DNA of 64,000 bases from the NCBI GenBank assembly GCA_010093815.1, contig ML996571.1. The stretch is one strand, 5' to 3'. This stretch comes from Pseudovirgaria hyperparasitica. Taxonomy: Eukaryota. The notes under the pieces were generated by a model that was not told the origin of the DNA, ran no database searches, and saw only the letters and a list, made by a program, of their open reading frames with translations. A program made the translations under genes and the position numbers. This document shows, in pieces, positions 24,238-35,897 of the stretch. Numbering within the stretch: position 1 is the stretch's first letter; each line of letters starts with the position of its first letter.

Positions 24238-25435
24238 CGAGTCTGAGAGCAGGCAATTACGATTGGGAATTTCTGATCCCTTTGAGGCGTTTTTGGAGTC
24301 AGGGAGACCGTGACTAGCGAGAAGCATTGTGACATCACTCAACTCGGTTGCGCAGCAATGGAAAAATTAGGTGTCGACATTACGAAACAGAGCCGTAGAT
24401 GACTAGACCTCAGGATGGAGTCTGAGGCTTCTTGTCAATAGACTTCATTTTCCAGCCATACAGACGTTGCGACACCATCGTATCTAGCACGCACAATTAT
24501 CGGTAGATTTTCATATCCGTGGAGCGTAAAAGTTACTTCTGCCGAGCCGCCTCTCACTCAAAGCTTCTGCACCTGAAACAGCTTAGTTGTGGGCTTTTGT
24601 TCCCGGTGCTGACGTTGTGGTAAACATGGAGGTCTTAGGTTCTCATGCAACTAGCAGGGAGACGAGCGTGCGTAGGTTGTCCACGGTAGTGCCTTGAGAA
24701 TCCAATGATGGGAGGCTGTACAGATTGACCAATGGGCTCTGACTTGGCGAATAAACCTGCCTGGCAGTTTAAACCATCCCCTGATATCCAAATTTATGTA
24801 GCGAGATACTAACGATACTTATGTTCGCACCCTGCTGTCATTCCTTAGGATTGACTACTAGCTCTTGACAGCAATTAGGTAAGCGAGAAGAAAGCTTTGC
24901 TTCTATGAAATTACAACATACAGTTCACTACTCTGTGAGACTACAATTGTCTTAACGAAGGAAGATATCATTATTTGATATAGTAGACCGCCGCAATTCT
25001 GAAAGAGCCTTCATATCAGATTCTGGCACGTATCAAAGGTGTGTGGTGCGTTGTCAGTGGCTTCCGTGCCTAGGCAATGGCTTCGCGCTATCCATATGAA
25101 AAGTACAAAAGAATGGGCTGCTGATCGGTATACCCTACGAGTGTCGTGGAGGATGCCAAAGCTAAGATAGGAGAGACTTGTGACCTGTTTCCAATGACCG
25201 AAAAGCAATAGGTTCCTGCTGGCATCTTTGTCTATCTCGGTCTCACAACGATAGCATTTAGCGATGTTCACGTTCGATAAGGTCGTCACGTCGAAGGCGG
25301 GCAGCCTGGGCACCTCGGATGTGAGGAGTCATGCGTTAAAATGAAGCCGAATTCAATTATAAGGGGTTAGACTCTCGACTCCATACTTTCCGAAGGGCCC
25401 GAGTCTGAGCATTCTCGTCTGTCATAGCTAGTCTC

Positions 25436-26691
25436 TCAATTGATGCCAAAGCAACCGAGATAACTGCTTAGTGTCTCTATCCTTTCGTGCATCATTTTCT
25501 CATAGGCTTCCCTGTTCTGCAGTTTCACTTCTCTGGCCCTCTTCTCCATCTTCTCGTGTGCTCTCTTTTTTTTCAATTTCACTTCTCTGGCCTTCTTCAC
25601 CATCTCTTCGTGTGCTCTCTTTCTTTCTAATTTCGCTTCTCTGGCCCTCTTCTCCATCTCTTCGTGTGCTCTCTTCTTTTCTAATTTTGCTTCCTTGGCC
25701 TTCATCACAATCTTTTCCTGAGCTTTTTTACTTTCCAATTTCGCTTCTCTTGCCTTCTCATCCATCTTTTCTTGAGCTTTCTTCCTCAAAGCCTTCGCCC
25801 TTCTTGCCTCCTGTGCCATTTTCTCATTGGCTCTCTTCCTTTGCGCTTTAAGATCCCTGGTGTTCGCCTTCAATCCTTGATCTGTATCCTGAGGTTGAGA
25901 GACTGCTAGCTTCATCTCCTGTAGCTTATGAATACACTCAATTGCCAGCCCAAGGTTGCACTCACCTCTAGAATGATACCAGAGATGCTTTCCACAGAAG
26001 ACTGCTCCTGGTACGAGGGGCTTGGAATATGATCAGAGTGAAAACTGGCCTCTTTGGCAACAGTGATAATGGCCACAATCTTTCGTATCTCCGATGTCAT
26101 TTTGACCGGTCTCCAAGAAATCCGGTATGCCATCGTAAGTGGGAACCTTCTGCTCCAGCAATCCTCTCTATTGATTGGCCAGGTTTCATATCTGAACTCT
26201 TCAGCTCCTTTAACCATCGGATGGACCAGCTCAATACATCCGACAGAGTACCCACCAATCAAACCCTTGATAATGGGTTCCTCAACAAGTTGGTAGTTTG
26301 TATGGCCGGTCGGATTCAGCATTTCTGGAGGAGGCGGTAAGAGGACCGTAACTTTCGAGCTTCGGCGTGCTATGTGAGACGCGAAAAGAGCCGAAGCACC
26401 TTTTATATAGAGACTCCATTGTTTTGGTGTCTTAACTTGCTTGAGGCAGGACGAGTGTTTAACATCCATCAACGATCCCATCGCTGTCGTTAGAGTCTGC
26501 AAGTTCCTTTTGTCTGCCCATGCTTGGGCTACTTCACGTGTTACACCACTCCATAGCACCTGGGAGTCTATGCGGCACTCGAGATCGAACTGTTGCTTGA
26601 TTTGTTCTATTTCTACTGCCGACAACAAGTTGTCAAGAAGGCTCGGAAGTGAAATTTGTCCGTTTGGAGATGAACCCAATTGGGAATTCAT
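25436..26691 (-). CDS. Orphan protein: globular N-terminal domain (Tne2/NADase-like motif pattern, tentative) plus E/K/R-rich 18-aa repeat tail (2 exons)
   Basis: ORFs 25912-26691 and 25436-25915 are joined in frame by intron 25919-25965 (GTGAGT..CTACAG): ..GIILE|EMKLAV... The product is about 400 aa. Confidence 0.7.
25472..25849 (-). repeat. Seven tandem degenerate 54-bp (18-aa) coding repeats
   Basis: KAQRKRANEKMAQEARRA / KALRKKAQEKMDEKAREA / KLESKKAQEKIVMKAKEA / KLEKKRAHEEMEKRAREA / KLERKRAHEEMVKKAREV / KLKKKRAHEKMEKRAREV / KLQNREAYEKMMHERIET. The DNA unit 'ttctctggccctcttctccatctc..gtgtgctctc' recurs. Confidence 0.92.
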
Positions 26692-27423
26692 CGTAGATAC
26701 GTCTACTCGAGAAACGTATTAGCAGACGCGGTTAGAACAGGCTTTGGGAAGTCATGGACACGGGAAGCTCATGAGAGATGCGCAGTATCAGACGTTATAT
26801 ATCATCCCTGTAGTTATCAAGGTTGAACAAGAGGGGAACGCAGACTCCCCCACCATCCTATGCAATGAGCTTCTGAAGCACCTTTCGAAGCGAGAATAAG
26901 ACATCCAGATTATTGTCGAGTTTATTTCTCATTGTTTCAGCATTATCTTGTCACATTTTCAAATGTCAAGAGATCTATTCTCTCTACCAGTCTCCGAAAT
27001 CTGCCTCATCGAGCATAAGACTATATGGTGATATCTCTTTACGTAAGCGGGGTAGTGTGGAGCGTTCTGGTACGTATTCCCTTCAATATGTCGTCAGACC
27101 CTGTGCGAAGCTACACAATTGGCTTGTCATGTTTTCATACGTCTTCTCATTCGTTTGTGACTCTGTGGCTTCATCCGGCCCACTCGTTCCCAAACATGAT
27201 ACCTGCCCTGGTTGCATCCCTCCGTTCCCCGCGTTCTGGGGCCCCTCATTTCGCAGCTCCACTCCGAGGTAGAGGAAGCATGGGTAAGCTCTATGCTATC
27301 AAAGTAGGCACGAGAGACCACCATATACCTCTTGTGACTCCTTCGTCCACGTAGTTTGCATCTTCTCTTCCTCTCACATCTCCCCCTCTCACCATCTTGC
27401 CATAACTCTATAACACCACAAGC

Positions 27424-28753
27424 ATGACAACAAACGCACCTCCCAGCGCCCCAGCCCAAGATTTAACCGTCCCCACCGAATGCTGGGCCGGCGTCGTTGA
27501 CAATCCAGGCGCCGACTTCGTGCTCAAAGTCGAAAAGGTCCCGGTCCCCTCCCCAGCGCCAGATCAGGTCTTGCTCCGGCTCAACGCCACGGGTCTATGC
27601 TACTCGGACCTGCACTACATGCTGAACGACCTGGGAATGGGTCTGCCGTGCATGAAGGACTTTGGCGTGCGCTCGCCGGGCCATGAGGGCGCCGGGTATG
27701 TAGTCAAAGTCGGCGAGGCAGTCAAGGGCTGGAGCATCGGCGATCGCGCGGGCATGAAGCCACTGTGGGATACGTGTGGGAGTTGCAATTTGTGCTTTAG
27801 TGGCATGGGCCCGCATTGCGCGGGTGCGGTGCAGGCCGGCTTGTTTGTCACTGGTGCGTGCCTAAGCAGTCTTATTCCAAATTGCAAAAGACGAGGAATG
27901 GGAGGCCGTGTTGGGCAAACACGAGGATACGTAACATGTGCGTGAGTGAGCGCTGACGTGCAATTCTACAGGTACATACCAGCAGTTCATCCTCGCGCCG
28001 GCGAAGTATCTCAATCGCATCCCGTCCGGCGTCTCGGACTATGTTGCTGGGCCGGTCATGTGCTCTGCGTCCACCATGTACCGTGCGCTTGCGAATTCCG
28101 GACTTAAGGCTGGTGATTTTGCCTGCTTTCCTGGAGGTGGAGGTGGTGTGGGCATTCAAGGAGTGCAACTTGCTAAGGCCATGGGCTTCCGGCCTGTCGT
28201 CACAGACAGCGGGGCCGACAAAAAGAAGTTAGCTCTGGAGATGGGTGCTGAAGCGTTTGTGGACTTTAGAGAAGTTGAGGATGTGCCGAAAGCAGTTGTC
28301 GAGGCGTGTGATGGAATTGGAGCACACGGCGTGTTCGTCACGGCAGTACCGAGTTATAAGCAGGCGGTTGCGTTTACGGGCATGAGGCCTGGTGCAGTTG
28401 TTGTATGCATTGGACTACGTGTGTATAATGTTCTTACCCCTGAATGGGTCTGCTAACGACGAGTTCCAGCTCCGGAGGGCACCTCGCTGGGCGCTGATCC
28501 GCTGAAATACGTTTTCCAAGGCCTTCAGATCAAGGGCAGCCTAGTCGGCGATCTGCACGACACACATATGGCACTTGACTTTGCGCGAAGAGGGAGTCTG
28601 AAGCAAATCTGCGAAGTGTGGCCATTGCATCGCATGCCAGAAGCAGTTGACAAGCTGAGAGAGGGAAAGGTTGCGGGCAGGATTGTGATTGACTTCAACG
28701 ACGACGCTGAAATGACGAAGCTGTGGGAGAAGCAGAAGAGTACGTCTGCTTGA
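27424..28753 (+). CDS. Zinc-dependent alcohol dehydrogenase (MDR family; 3 exons)
   Basis: Introns 27854-27971 and 28419-28469. Motifs are 'GLCYSDLH', 'GHEGAG', structural Zn 'CGSCNLC..C', 'PVMCS', Rossmann 'GGGGGVG' and C-terminal 'GRIVIDF'. Confidence 0.93.
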
Positions 28754-29429
28754 GGGTATTGTGAGAGCGAATGCGGATTCTAGATGAAGTGGCAAGCCAC
28801 ATCACGGGGAAAGTAGGCATATATAGTTTCAGAAGCAAGAGTACCGTGCTGAACACTGCGTGACCAAAGTCAAACTAGCACAGCAAATCTAGATATGGTA
28901 TTACAACTCCATCTCGTTAGCAGTCCACTAAGTTAGTTTCTGTTCCTGTGGCTAATCTTTTGACTTTCCCGCTCACCCAACGCTGTGCTTACAAAGTTAC
29001 AATCAGAATTTAGACATCCGAGATGCAGCTCCCAAATAGGCTCGCTATAGGGTAGAGAAATCTCTAATGAAAGAGTGTGCATGAACGATCCCGTACAACT
29101 CTATACAGTCTGTCGTCAGCCATAATTGGAGATATACTTTTGCTCCAGGGATATGTATGCCGAGTAAGTCTTATCGGATTATCGGATGACTCATACTCTC
29201 CGCCGCCATATCTTGCTCCGCTACATCCGTGATTGTCTTTCCATCCAGTCTTCGTATTATACATTTAATACCGGTGTCGGAACAGATCCGAAGCGAGCCT
29301 CCGGATATTAGGAGCTTCGGAGCCCGGCAGTGCAAGCAAGTACATACGAGCACCCCCCCTCCGGACCTACACCACCGCAAAACGCACCACGCAGATTCCA
29401 CGCCCAAGCATCAACCTATCCAATCCACG

Positions 29430-30407
29430 ATGCCATTCGCATTCCCCACCCTCATCGCTCTCCTCACACTACTCCTCCCCACAGTTATATCCAAACCCCT
29501 CCAAACACCAGAGACACTATACACCTTCCCAACCAGTGCCACCGGCCCAACATTCCTCGAAAACATCGCCGTCCGCGCCGACAACTCCCTCCTCCTCACA
29601 ACGCTCTCCTCAGCTACAATATACACATACAACCCCGAAACGCCACACGTCGCGCCTTTCGTTCTAGCTACATTTCCACCGCCCCTGAACGGCGTAACGG
29701 GAATCGCAGAATATGCACCTGACATGTTCGCTGTGGCGGTAGGGACATGGAATGTTAGTGCGCAGCGCGCCACGGGACTAGAAATCTGGAGGGTGGATCT
29801 TTCGAGAAGCGGAGGCGGAGACAAGATAGGTGCCGAGACGCGGATGGTGGTGCGAGTACCGGAGGCCAGGGCGTTGAATGGCATCACGGCTGTACCCGGG
29901 CAAAAGGGCAGGGTGCTGGTTGCAGAGAGCTACGGCGGCGTTGTGTATGCGGTTGATATGCGGCGAGGGACGTACGAGGTTGCGATTTCAAGCGCATGTC
30001 TGGCTGCTGGGGACAGGCTTGGCGTTAATGGTATCCATGTTTCCGGCTCGTATGCATATTTCGTGAATTCTTTTGGCGGTTTCTTTGGGCGTGTGGCTAT
30101 TCACGCCAACGGTACGGCGCGAGGGGATGTTGAGAAGTTGGTGGGGTTCGAGGTTGGCCCTATGAGTGTTTGGGATGATTTTGCTACGGATGGAAAAGGG
30201 GTGTTTTGGATTGCGAGTCATCCCAACACGGTGGTGAAAGTGGGGAAGGGGAGAGACGGGTGGGTTAGCGAAGTTGTGGCAGAGACTGGAGACAAAGGAG
30301 ATATTGGACCGACGAGTGTGGCTTTTGGAAGAGGAAGGAGGCAGAACTTGCTGTATGTTGTCAGTGGGGATGGGAGGGTGCAGAGATTGAATACTAGGGA
30401 GGTGTGA
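29430..30407 (+). CDS. Secreted six-bladed beta-propeller (SMP-30/gluconolactonase-like)
   Basis: Signal peptide MPFAFPTLIALLTLLLPTVISKP from ATG 29430, and blade motifs 'FLENIAVR', 'LNGIT', 'GVNGIH', 'WDDFA' and 'GPTSVAFGRG'. Confidence 0.82.
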   Translation: MPFAFPTLIALLTLLLPTVISKPLQTPETLYTFPTSATGPTFLENIAVRADNSLLLTTLSSATIYTYNPETPHVAPFVLATFPPPLNGVTGIAEYAPDMFAVAVGTWNVSAQRATGLEIWRVDLSRSGGGDKIGAETRMVVRVPEARALNGITAVPGQKGRVLVAESYGGVVYAVDMRRGTYEVAISSACLAAGDRLGVNGIHVSGSYAYFVNSFGGFFGRVAIHANGTARGDVEKLVGFEVGPMSVWDDFATDGKGVFWIASHPNTVVKVGKGRDGWVSEVVAETGDKGDIGPTSVAFGRGRRQNLLYVVSGDGRVQRLNTREV

Positions 30408-30701
30408 AAGGTGAGGATTGAGTGAATAGTGAACAAAGTCATAAAATTTCAGCTCGTGGGCTATGTTGACATCGTGTTTTTGGTCTTTCCATATATGAGC
30501 GTCTACATGTTCCGAGTAGCCATTTTTTTTAAATATATTGATGAGTACAGATCTGCAACATCACAGTGAACCGAGCATCCGCATCATGCTAGAACACACC
30601 ATACCTAGACGTATGGAATTGTCGAACAGCGTATGTAGTGGGTAATCCTCGACTTCCGGTCGACAAGTTGCGCATTGCACTATCCTCCCCGTATAATATG
30701 A

Positions 30702-31964
30702 TCAGTTGAAGTTTCGAAACATTCTTTCGAATGTCGCACGAGCTTTCTCTTCCGTCCACGGCTCGGGCCGGTTCTGGTCTGCATGCGTCCAAGAGTCTGA
30801 ATCAAGGTCGAGCATGTTGACATCTTTCATCTGGTAGGCGTCATTGCCATACGCATCCCGATGCTTGTTGTTCACTGAAGGATATGAACTACCGATGTAG
30901 TCATCGTCATCATCATCGTCGTCATCATGATAACCATAGTCGTTATATTCGTCATAATCGCTTGCGCCTTCGGTGTAGCCACTTCTAATACTGGTCCATG
31001 TCGGGTATTCGTCCGTGACCAATGCCCTCAAGTCATAATTCTCATCGTAAGGTGGCTCCCCGTTTTCCTGCACGACGTTGGTATTTCGACCCCGTTTGAC
31101 AACTACAAGTACGGCTCTGGCGTCCTGATCGTCTTTGCACAGAAAAGTGTCCTCTACTTCGCCAAAATCTGTATATTCCTCTGGCGGTACAATCGACTGG
31201 TAGAGCTCCCTTGCACCGGGTTGGCGTACTGATTCTCTGATGCGTGACTGAGATCGGAAAATCGTTACCGTGGCCCCTGAATTGGGCCCATCTCGATTTG
31301 TCAGGGTCGACTGCCATACTTCGGGCTGCGGTTTGCGGATGTATGTCTTCCCAAATTGCGTGGTCTTGGCGAAGCTAAGGATAGATGAGGTGGGCGTGAT
31401 ATAATGCAATTCCTTCCATCCAGAACCACACGATACCAGCTCGTCAAGGATTTGGTAATCCACCATGCCTGAGGGTCCCTTGAGCATGCCCGCATCACCA
31501 CCGATGACAGTGAGGGTGTCCAGTCTGAGTTGTGGCACCAACTTTAGGATCCAAGCAAGCCTGTAGTAGACGTCGTCATGTGGCAGTGAAAGCATGACCG
31601 GGCGACTGTTGACGCGTAAGTGACGAATTGCTGCGACTCTTTGCTCCGGGAACTCAGTGAGTATATCCAGCAGCGCCTCTCCTGTTTGGAAGTTGAAGAG
31701 GACCCAGCCAATCCACTGTGAACCAATTTCACGGTGGACCTGTTGGCAGGTGTATAACAGCGAGAGGGAATGAAGTCGGCTTTTCTTTTTTGCTCGCTTG
31801 ATACTACGAGGGTCATCAGGATCCTCTCCATAGGTCAGCCGTGTAGAGGTGAACACCCAAGAATAGATATTGTCTCTGATCTCGCGAGGAACCTGCAAAA
31901 GCCTGCTACATGATGGTTGTCGCACAGATCTGGCAGGGGCTTTGGTCTTCTTCTTTCTGGGCAT
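30702..31964 (-). CDS. F-box-like hypothetical protein with an acidic C-terminal tract
   Basis: ATG 31964 (MPRKKK..), F-box-like 'SRLLQVPREIRDNIYSWVF' and 'LSLLYTCQQVHREI', and a poly-Asp tract near the C-terminus. Confidence 0.75.
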   Translation of the reverse strand: MPRKKKTKAPARSVRQPSCSRLLQVPREIRDNIYSWVFTSTRLTYGEDPDDPRSIKRAKKKSRLHSLSLLYTCQQVHREIGSQWIGWVLFNFQTGEALLDILTEFPEQRVAAIRHLRVNSRPVMLSLPHDDVYYRLAWILKLVPQLRLDTLTVIGGDAGMLKGPSGMVDYQILDELVSCGSGWKELHYITPTSSILSFAKTTQFGKTYIRKPQPEVWQSTLTNRDGPNSGATVTIFRSQSRIRESVRQPGARELYQSIVPPEEYTDFGEVEDTFLCKDDQDARAVLVVVKRGRNTNVVQENGEPPYDENYDLRALVTDEYPTWTSIRSGYTEGASDYDEYNDYGYHDDDDDDDDDYIGSSYPSVNNKHRDAYGNDAYQMKDVNMLDLDSDSWTHADQNRPEPWTEEKARATFERMFRNFN

Positions 31965-32407
31965 AATGATGTGAGTTTGTTGCAGCAAGATGTGATGGTC
32001 AACAAGATGAGGTGAGCAAAGAAAAGCGTTGTTGGCAGTAGAGTTTCAGCCGTTTTAGTGTGGGCACGTGATATCGTCTTTCCGTACATTTTCTCACCCA
32101 GAATATCAGACCTATAAAGTCTATTTCATTCTAGAGCTTTTCCCCGTGGAAAGTAATAGTACGACACTATACGCAATCGATCTTAGATCGTGACTAGGAG
32201 GGTAAGCCAGGGTGCAGGCTGACGAGCGAATCAGAACACCTTCACATGCCGCGGCTTTGGTTCACATGCGCGAATGCGAGCTAAAGCGATCTGACTTCAC
32301 AGTCTCCGTTCACCATGTCAGTATGCACTGGTAGTTATAGATTTTACTACATGTTGTAGCTTTTGGATTCGTCTTCATACTGTCTGCCCACCGCACCATG
32401 CGTAAAC

Positions 32408-35073
32408 ATGGCCGCCCAATCTAAGGAAGACCCGCTCCACGTACTCTACACACGCTACATCACCCTCATCCGCTCACGCTTCGCCCGTAGCTCACGCCTC
32501 ACAAAACTTCTCGCAACAGTCTCCCTACTGTTCTCAATAATAGGTGCTGGCTATGGAACGCAACGATGGTGGTCGCAGCGGCGCGCCGAGAAAGAGACGG
32601 GTCGACGACTGCTCCGACGCAACTCCGGCTTGCGTATGAAGGACGGGACCAGAATCATATATGTGCCGTATCGGAACTCGACGTCCAAGGTCACCATATA
32701 CCCGACGAAACCGACCACGTTTGATGCGCATCGCAGGTTGTTCCTGGAACCGCCGAGAGCGGCGGGTTTGGGCAATGGGTATACACCGCAAGTGCCGCCG
32801 CCGCAGACCAAGCCTGGCTTGAACCTGGCCTTCCTTCACCAGTTCCTGAGCTTGTTGAATATAATGATTCCAAGGTGGAACAGCAAAGAGACTGGTCTGC
32901 TGCTCAGTCATGGAGTGTTCCTTATGCTGAGGACGTATCTCTCGTTGGTTGTGGCACGGCTGGATGGTGAGATTGTGCGTGATCTTGTCGCAGGAAATGG
33001 GCGGGCCTTCCTGTGGGGGATCACGAAGTGGTGTGGAATAGGAAGCTTGGCTTCATACACGAATGCCATGATCAAGTTCTTGCAGAGTAAGGTGTCCATC
33101 GCCTTCCGGACCAGGTTGACGAGATATATCCACGACTTGTATCTGAACAGCAACCTCAGCTACTACAAGCTGTCGAACCTGGATGGTGGGATAGGGCAAG
33201 GTGCCGACCAGTATATCACGCAGGACCTTACGTTGTTCTGTGCTTCAGCTGCATCGCTGTACTCGTCGCTCGGCAAGCCATTCGTGGACTTGTGTGTCTT
33301 CAACTATCAACTCTGGAGGTCACTAGGGCCAATCGCTTTTACAGGGTTACTGTCCAACTATTTCTTGACAGCGACGCTGCTGAGGAAATTATCACCTCCA
33401 TTCGGGAAGCTGAAGGCCGTTGAAGGCAAGCGAGAGGGAGATTTCCGCGCGTTGCATTCGAGGCTGATTATGAATGCTGAAGAGGTGGCATTTTACGGTG
33501 GTGATCAAATGGAGAAGATGTTCCTCGAGAAAGAGTTCAAGCAACTAAAACACTGGATGGAAGGCATCTACAGTCTGAAGATCCGATACAACATGCTCGA
33601 AGACTTTGTGCTGAAGTACTCCTGGTCGGCATTCGGTTATCTCATCACCTCGTTACCTGTCTTCTTGCCTGCATGGGGTGGTCTTGGCGGAGCTACAGAG
33701 TTGCTGGATGCTGGCAAACCTGGCTCTCGCGAGAACGGGCGAATGAAGGAATTCATCACGAACAAACGCCTCATGCTCTCATTGGCCGATGCGGGCGGCC
33801 GTATGATGTACTCCATCAAAGACCTGTCCGAGCTCGCCGGCTACACCTCTCGAGTATACACACTCATCAGCACGCTCCATCGCGTCCACGCCGACGCCTA
33901 CTTCCCACCAGCAGGCCAACGACCCGACCTCTACTCGCTCTGCGACGTCCAAGGCACAGTCCACAAAGGCTTCGACGGCATCCGTCTAGAACACGTGCCA
34001 ATCGTAGGCCCAGGCCTGTTCCCCCACGGCGGCGAAGAGCTCATCGAATCCCTATCCTTCATCGTCCACTCCGGCGAGCACCTGCTCATCACCGGACCCA
34101 ACGGCGTCGGCAAAAGCGCAGTCGCCCGCGTCGTTGCCGGGCTCTGGCCTACCTACCGCGGCCTCGTCAGCCGGCCCCGTCTCCCCGGCATGGACGGCGT
34201 CATGTTCCTCCCACAGCGGCCCTACCTCAGCACCGGCACCCTCCGCGACCAGGTCATATACCCGCACACCGAGCTCGACATGCGGGACTCTGGCCGCCGC
34301 GACATCGAACTCAGCCAGATCCTCGAGAACGCCAAACTGGGCTACCTTCCCGACCGCGAGGGCGGATACGATACCAGGAAGGACTGGAAGGATGTGCTTA
34401 GCGGCGGCGAGAAGCAGCGTATGGGCATTGCCAGGCTGCTCTATCACGAGCCGCGCTACGCTTTTCTGGACGAGGGCACGAGCGCTGTTAGTAGTGATGT
34501 CGAGGGCCTGCTCTACGAACGCGCCAAGGCAAAGGGCATCAGTAAGTACACACCCATCCATCATGCAAACTTCCCCCCAAACTAACCACACACACACAAA
34601 AAACAGCCCTAATAACAATCTCCACCCGCGCCTCCCTCAAACGCCACCACACCTTCACCCTCACCCTCGGCAGCGGGCCCCACGGCGACGAATGGGAATT
34701 CCAACAAATCGGCACCGCGAGCGAGAAGTCCTCTGTCGAAAAGGAACTCAACGATCTGCGTGACCGGCTGGCTAAAGTGGAGGAGTGGAAGCTGCGCAGG
34801 AGTGAGATTGAGAGGGAGTTGGCTGAGGTTTGGGTTGAGGGGCGGAGGGATGGGCCGTTGGAGGCGCCGGGGTATTGTCGGGGGGAGGGTGGTGAGGATG
34901 GGAGTGGTGGTGAGGATGGGAGTGGTGGTGAGGATGGGAGTGGTGGTGAGGATGGGAGTGAGGGTAATGGTGACGATGGAGATGACGATGAGGGTGATGA
35001 AGTGAGAGAGGCTGGTGGAGATGGAGATGCTGATATCGATGCTGATGCCGGTCTGTCTGAGGTACAGACATAG
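32408..35073 (+). CDS. PXA1: Peroxisomal long-chain fatty acyl-CoA ABC half-transporter (ABCD family; 2 exons)
   Basis: ATG 32408. ABCD TMD with EAA-like 'NAEEVAFYGG', Walker A GPNGVGKS, signature LSGGEKQR and Walker B 'FLDEGTSA'. Intron 34542-34606 gives GI|TLITISTRASLK. Stop at 35071-35073. Confidence 0.93.
34888..34959 (+). repeat. Perfect 4x18-bp minisatellite (GGTGGTGAGGATGGGAGT) encoding (GGEDGS)4 in the PXA1 tail
   Basis: Four identical units at 34888, 34906, 34924 and 34942. Confidence 0.95.
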
Positions 35074-35220
35074 AGACGGGCGGGTGTACATGCCATAGGA
35101 AAGATCCAAGAACAAAGTAGAGCTGCGCGCAAGTGTACCAATATCGTAATGCTATTGCTATTCCAGGCATAGAGATGAATGGATACATCCACCGGGTAGA
35201 ACAGATCTCGCTGATATGAG

Positions 35221-35348
35221 TGTATAGCTTGTGGTGTGTGATGTGTGGCTTGTGGCTTGTAGTGTATAGCTTATACCTGTGGCGTGTTGCTTGTGCCTTG
35301 TAGATTGTGGCTTGTAGCTTGTGACGTGTGGCGTATGGTGTGTGGCTT
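35221..35348. repeat. Degenerate TG-rich repeat (units like TGTGGCT/TGTAGCT) between the convergent PXA1 and CNT 3' ends
   Basis: Recurrent 'tgtggcttgtggcttgtag', 'tgtatagctt' and 'tgtggcgt'. Confidence 0.65.
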
Positions 35349-35897
35349 TACTACATCATACCTCAACCGTACCCTACCTTCCTATCTGGGACTAGCCATC
35401 ATACCAGGCCTACTTCAGCCCAGCTAGACACTAGACCTAATTATTATGTACATATCGATACCTAGATCTAGTTAGTAATTAGATACCCGTTATGAACGAA
35501 CTATTTACCCAGCTGAAACACATAACAAAACACATCTCACATTCACAAGCAAGAAAACACATACTCATTCACACATACACACTCACACGCACACATACAT
35601 GCATACACAGAACAACACTGCACGCGACCAAGATGCTGAAAGAAAAGCATAGCTTCAACTTGCTTCAGAGCTTGGGGGGGTATCCATTTCAACCATACAT
35701 GCATCATATATGATTCCGCGACATTTCGACATAAAACGCCGCCCTCTCCTCTTCTTCTCCTCCCCCTTATTATCCAATAAATTCCCATCCATCGCCGTCC
35801 ACAATCACATGCCCACCAACCACAAGATGCATACACAAAGACGCATAAAAACAAACAACGCCGCCAGTACGTCTGTAGTACATTGGTATCTTAACCC

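Noticed and set aside
27424..30407. Secondary-metabolite cluster (ADH plus a beta-propeller resembling hetero-Diels-Alderase-type propellers)
   Set aside because: No PKS, NRPS, terpene synthase, P450 or cluster regulator is present in the window.
33673..35192. Long alternative-frame and antisense ORFs over PXA1 (including His-rich and Pro/Ser-rich ones)
   Set aside because: They are shadows of GC-rich codon bias and of the 18-bp repeat. The same applies to overlapping ORFs in CNT, xdhA, the GT1 gene and the 18227 gene.
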